Below, piece by piece: positions 59,120-62,148 of a stretch of 62,148 nucleotides of DNA (its first letter is position 1; each line of letters begins with the position of its first letter). The stretch is from an uncultured archaeon. Lineage in GTDB: Archaea > Asgardarchaeota > Lokiarchaeia > Sigyniarchaeales > SOKP01. The stretch spans positions 1-62,148 of the forward strand of contig CAYLZE010000016.1 of the NCBI GenBank assembly GCA_964388035.1, read 5' to 3'. Under the pieces are notes generated by a model. The model saw nothing but the letters and a program-made list of their open reading frames with translations, was not told the origin of the DNA and did no database searches. The position numbers and the translations under genes were made by a program.

Positions 59120-60544
59120 TTAAATATCTGCAACTCTATGATAGACATTTCGTTCTATAATTAAATCAATTTTATTTTTTGGGTCTATAGTAAATTCTAC
59201 TGGTTGTCGCAAGCCCATTTCATTGATGAAAAAGAAATTAAAGTTCGCCATGATTTCAGTTTCTGGAATCAGGGGATAAGAACGATTTGGAATAATTTCT
59301 ACATCACTAAGGATCTCACAGGTTAAATATCCCCCCGTCTTTTTAACATTGACCTTCTCAAGTCCTTTATAGGATTGATATTTTCCAGTTAACATCGCAA
59401 GTTTTTTCTGAATTGTAATGATTGGGAATTCACGCATCGGATCCTTTTGCAATAAGATCATTAAGATCATGTATGCTAATACTATTAAAACATCTGCAAG
59501 TCCTGAATTAATCGTGGCTATTACTCCGAACTTTTCTGCGGGAGTAAATGCAATAATGGCTCCCGAAATTCCTGTTGAACCCGTGTGGGCAACCATTTTC
59601 GTTCCGTAAAAGCCCTCGAAAATCCCCCAACCATATCCATAACCATTTTCTCCGGCAAGAATTGATTTTTCTCTACTGACGTGAGATTTAAGCATTTGAT
59701 CTATTAAATTTTCGCCAATAATTTCCGTCCCTTCAAACTTTCCTTTATTGAAATATAGCTGCAAATAATTGAATAATTCGTTTACCGAACTAAGTAATCC
59801 TCCGGGTCCGTGAATGAATTCATAAAAAGGATGCTGAAATGGTTTAACAACAGTTTTTCCATTTTCCTCTCCGGCACCGTAAGCAACCATTTTATCGGGA
59901 TCTTTTTCAAACTTTTCCTTATTATATGTTGACCTCATCATTTTTAGAGGACTGAGAATTTTATCTCTTATAAAGTCCTTACAGGGTTGTCCACTAACTT
60001 TTTCTATGATTTTTTGAAGGAGAGTATAGCCACTATTGCAGTAATAATATTTTTCACCCGGATTAGTTTTGATTTCTCCTTTTGCCCCATTCACGAAACT
60101 ATAGAAATCTTCCCAACTACTCAAGGGAACATAAGAATTATCTAATCCCAGGTATCTCAGAATCAGCACATCAGCAGCGTGTAAATTGGGCAAGCCGGAA
60201 GAATGGGAAAGAAGATGATGGATGGTGATGGGATCTTTACCCTTTTCTAATTTAATAGGCACGTACTTGCTAATTGGGTCCTGAATATTCAGCTTGCCTT
60301 CTTGTTGCAATATTAATATTGCTAATGCAGTGAATGATTTGGTACAAGAACCAATACCAAATAACGTATCGAGGGTCGCGGGAAGGTTTTCTTCAAGATC
60401 TCTAGCTCCAAAGGCTTTCGAATAAAGCTTTTCCTCTTCCTGGATAATGGAGATACATAATCCGGGAATTTTGAACTGTTGCATGAAATCCATGATAGTA
60501 TTCTCAATTAAGGCTATCAATGGTTCATTTAGCTTTTTAATCAA
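59120..60544 (-). CDS. Serine hydrolase, beta-lactamase/D-aminopeptidase family (paralogue)
   Basis: GSCTKS, YCN, HTG. Confidence 0.9.
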   Translation of the reverse strand: MIKKLNEPLIALIENTIMDFMQQFKIPGLCISIIQEEEKLYSKAFGARDLEENLPATLDTLFGIGSCTKSFTALAILILQQEGKLNIQDPISKYVPIKLEKGKDPITIHHLLSHSSGLPNLHAADVLILRYLGLDNSYVPLSSWEDFYSFVNGAKGEIKTNPGEKYYYCNSGYTLLQKIIEKVSGQPCKDFIRDKILSPLKMMRSTYNKEKFEKDPDKMVAYGAGEENGKTVVKPFQHPFYEFIHGPGGLLSSVNELFNYLQLYFNKGKFEGTEIIGENLIDQMLKSHVSREKSILAGENGYGYGWGIFEGFYGTKMVAHTGSTGISGAIIAFTPAEKFGVIATINSGLADVLIVLAYMILMILLQKDPMREFPIITIQKKLAMLTGKYQSYKGLEKVNVKKTGGYLTCEILSDVEIIPNRSYPLIPETEIMANFNFFFINEMGLRQPVEFTIDPKNKIDLIIERNVYHRVADI

Positions 60545-60746
60545 TTTGCATCACTCCTTAAATATAAATCGTATTTAGGTTAAATATCTTAATATTTTGC
60601 CAGGTAAAATATCTTTCTACGTATTATGAGCCACTACTATTTTTCTATTTACTATTACTTGAGAGATTCCTATGGCATATTGATGGGGGGATACTAAATT
60701 ATATAAAACTTAAAAATTAGAATTAATATGAAAAAAATAAGATGAT

Positions 60747-61490
60747 TTATTCCTTTTTTAATGCATTTTTAATAGAAGAGGGAAGGATCCAGCCAAAGTA
60801 AAAGAAAATTGCGCTGATTATCAAAAATACTCTAATGAGTACCACGATTAGAGGTTGAGTTAGAAATATTGCAAATGAATCCAAGACGGCACATGTTGTA
60901 TAAATCAAAAAGGCAAGAATCAAAAATCTTCCTTTCCACTTTACCTCTAACTCTGTAGATTTTAAGGATTTTCCCGCAAACATCATGAAGGTAATAAATG
61001 AGATTACCAGAAAGAAAATCAGTGTAAATCTTGTAAAAGGAGAATAGACGGCGGTGAAAGGCCCATTGAAATACCCTATTAACATTTCGCGATCTAAGAT
61101 TAAAAAAATAAAAAATAATAATTCACAAACTATGCATATTATCGAAATAATCGAAACCAATAACTTCTGTTTCGATTGATACATGAAATCGGTGAAAACA
61201 ATAAACCATAGAACCGTAATAATCGGTATGAAAATATAAGCAATAATAAATCGCATTGTAATGAACGCATTATTTTCAAGTACCATGGGATTAATATAAT
61301 AAACGATGAAAGTAATTGCCCCGTGCAACCAAGGTGTTGAAATGCCCATCCAAATGATCCCAATCAAGATGTAATCCCTTTTTTTAAAAACCTTATATTT
61401 TGAAAGAATTCTTATTCCAATAAACATGGATATTATCACAAAAACTAGATTCAAGCTTCCTTGAAGATTTTCAGCTAACGTAAGAGCCAT
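60747..61490 (-). CDS. 7-TM membrane protein of unknown function
   Basis: Seven hydrophobic segments ending FYFGWILP. Confidence 0.72.
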   Translation of the reverse strand: MALTLAENLQGSLNLVFVIISMFIGIRILSKYKVFKKRDYILIGIIWMGISTPWLHGAITFIVYYINPMVLENNAFITMRFIIAYIFIPIITVLWFIVFTDFMYQSKQKLLVSIISIICIVCELLFFIFLILDREMLIGYFNGPFTAVYSPFTRFTLIFFLVISFITFMMFAGKSLKSTELEVKWKGRFLILAFLIYTTCAVLDSFAIFLTQPLIVVLIRVFLIISAIFFYFGWILPSSIKNALKKE

Positions 61491-61660
61491 TTTTTTATCC
61501 CTTGATATAATAATTTAATTTATTTAATTTCATAAATAATATATTTAATTTAAATAAATACTTTTATGGGGGAGTTTCAAATATTTAGATTGAGTTTTCT
61601 ATCCTAGGAAATTTTAAATTTCATGGGATATAGGGAACAATATAATAAATAAGGTAAATT

Positions 61661-61993
61661 ATGATGATAAAAGGACCTATTAATAAAGAGGATGTAAATC
61701 CGGTAAAAATGCTTGAAGGAGTATATAGAAAAACCCTAGCGTATAATGATAATGTCATGTCTTGTTTTTTCATTTTGGAAAAAGATGCTGAAATTCCCTT
61801 ACATGATCATGAAGCGCATCAGATTGGTTATGTCATTAAAGGGAAAATCAAATTTATTACAGAGAAAGGAGATTTTATAGCTAAAGAAGGAGATAGTTAT
61901 GTTTTTGACTCGTTTGAAAAGCATGGGGCACAAATGTTAGAATACAGTGAAGTAATAGAAATTTTTAGTCCAACCAGAGCGGATTATAAATAA
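61661..61993 (+). CDS. Cupin domain protein
   Basis: PLHDHEAHQIGYV...HGA...IFSPTRADY. Confidence 0.9.
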   Translation: MMIKGPINKEDVNPVKMLEGVYRKTLAYNDNVMSCFFILEKDAEIPLHDHEAHQIGYVIKGKIKFITEKGDFIAKEGDSYVFDSFEKHGAQMLEYSEVIEIFSPTRADYK

Positions 61994-62005
61994 TATTTTA
62001 AACTA

Positions 62006-62148
62006 TTATCTTTGAAGCCTTTGGTCTTGATTTTTATTTGCATCAATATTTATATTTTCTTCAATTCGATTCAACCATTCATTAATGAGTGTGTTAAAAG
62101 CATCCTCTTGTTCGATCTGGAGGAGATGTCCTGCTTTATCTAATACGT
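62006..62148 (-). CDS. C-terminus of an alpha/beta hydrolase (5' part outside the window)
   Basis: Hand translation VLDKAGHLLQIEQEDAFNTLINEWL has the catalytic-His motif; TAA ends at 62006. Confidence 0.75.
   Translation of the reverse strand, partial: VLDKAGHLLQIEQEDAFNTLINEWLNRIEENINIDANKNQDQRLQR

Noticed and set aside
2598-61363. Many short antisense or nested ORFs in the track (e.g. 2598, 5553, 22278, 25316, 35913, 58769)
   Set aside because: They are shadows of well-supported genes and have no motifs of their own.
1-62148. CRISPR arrays, tRNA/rRNA genes, transposases, integrases
   Set aside because: No spaced repeats, cloverleaf or rRNA-like GC-rich tracts, or recombinase motifs were seen by eye; tRNAscan-SE and Infernal would confirm.

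Overview
This is an AT-rich archaeal chromosomal segment, most likely Asgard (Lokiarchaeia/Promethearchaeia). That assignment is inferred from a gelsolin-domain protein, several RING/zinc-ribbon proteins, an HdrA-MvhD fusion and GGAGG/GGTGA-type ribosome-binding sites. It holds about 45 genes, mostly for amino-acid, peptide, fatty-acid and glycan metabolism. I found no rRNA, tRNA, CRISPR array or intact mobile element. The most unusual part is about 10.7-20.5 kb, a cluster of eukaryote-like proteins: a zinc-ribbon/HEAT protein, a gelsolin with an HeH/SAP-like domain and RxLPxxP tail, two scramblase/LURP-one paralogues divergent from a PssA-type synthase, and two tandem vWA+RING paralogues that recall TFIIH p44/p34. 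Other highlights are a nested-helix ~180-nt leader (riboswitch candidate) before a methyltransferase-ATP-grasp fusion, an apparent ATT start for hdrA, and a Mesh1-like hydrolase coupled to hdrA. There is also an AbrB-ACT regulator with a candidate operator facing tyrosine phenol-lyase, a set of D-amino-acid enzymes and several pseudogenes. All family calls come from motifs recognised by eye; no database searches were run.
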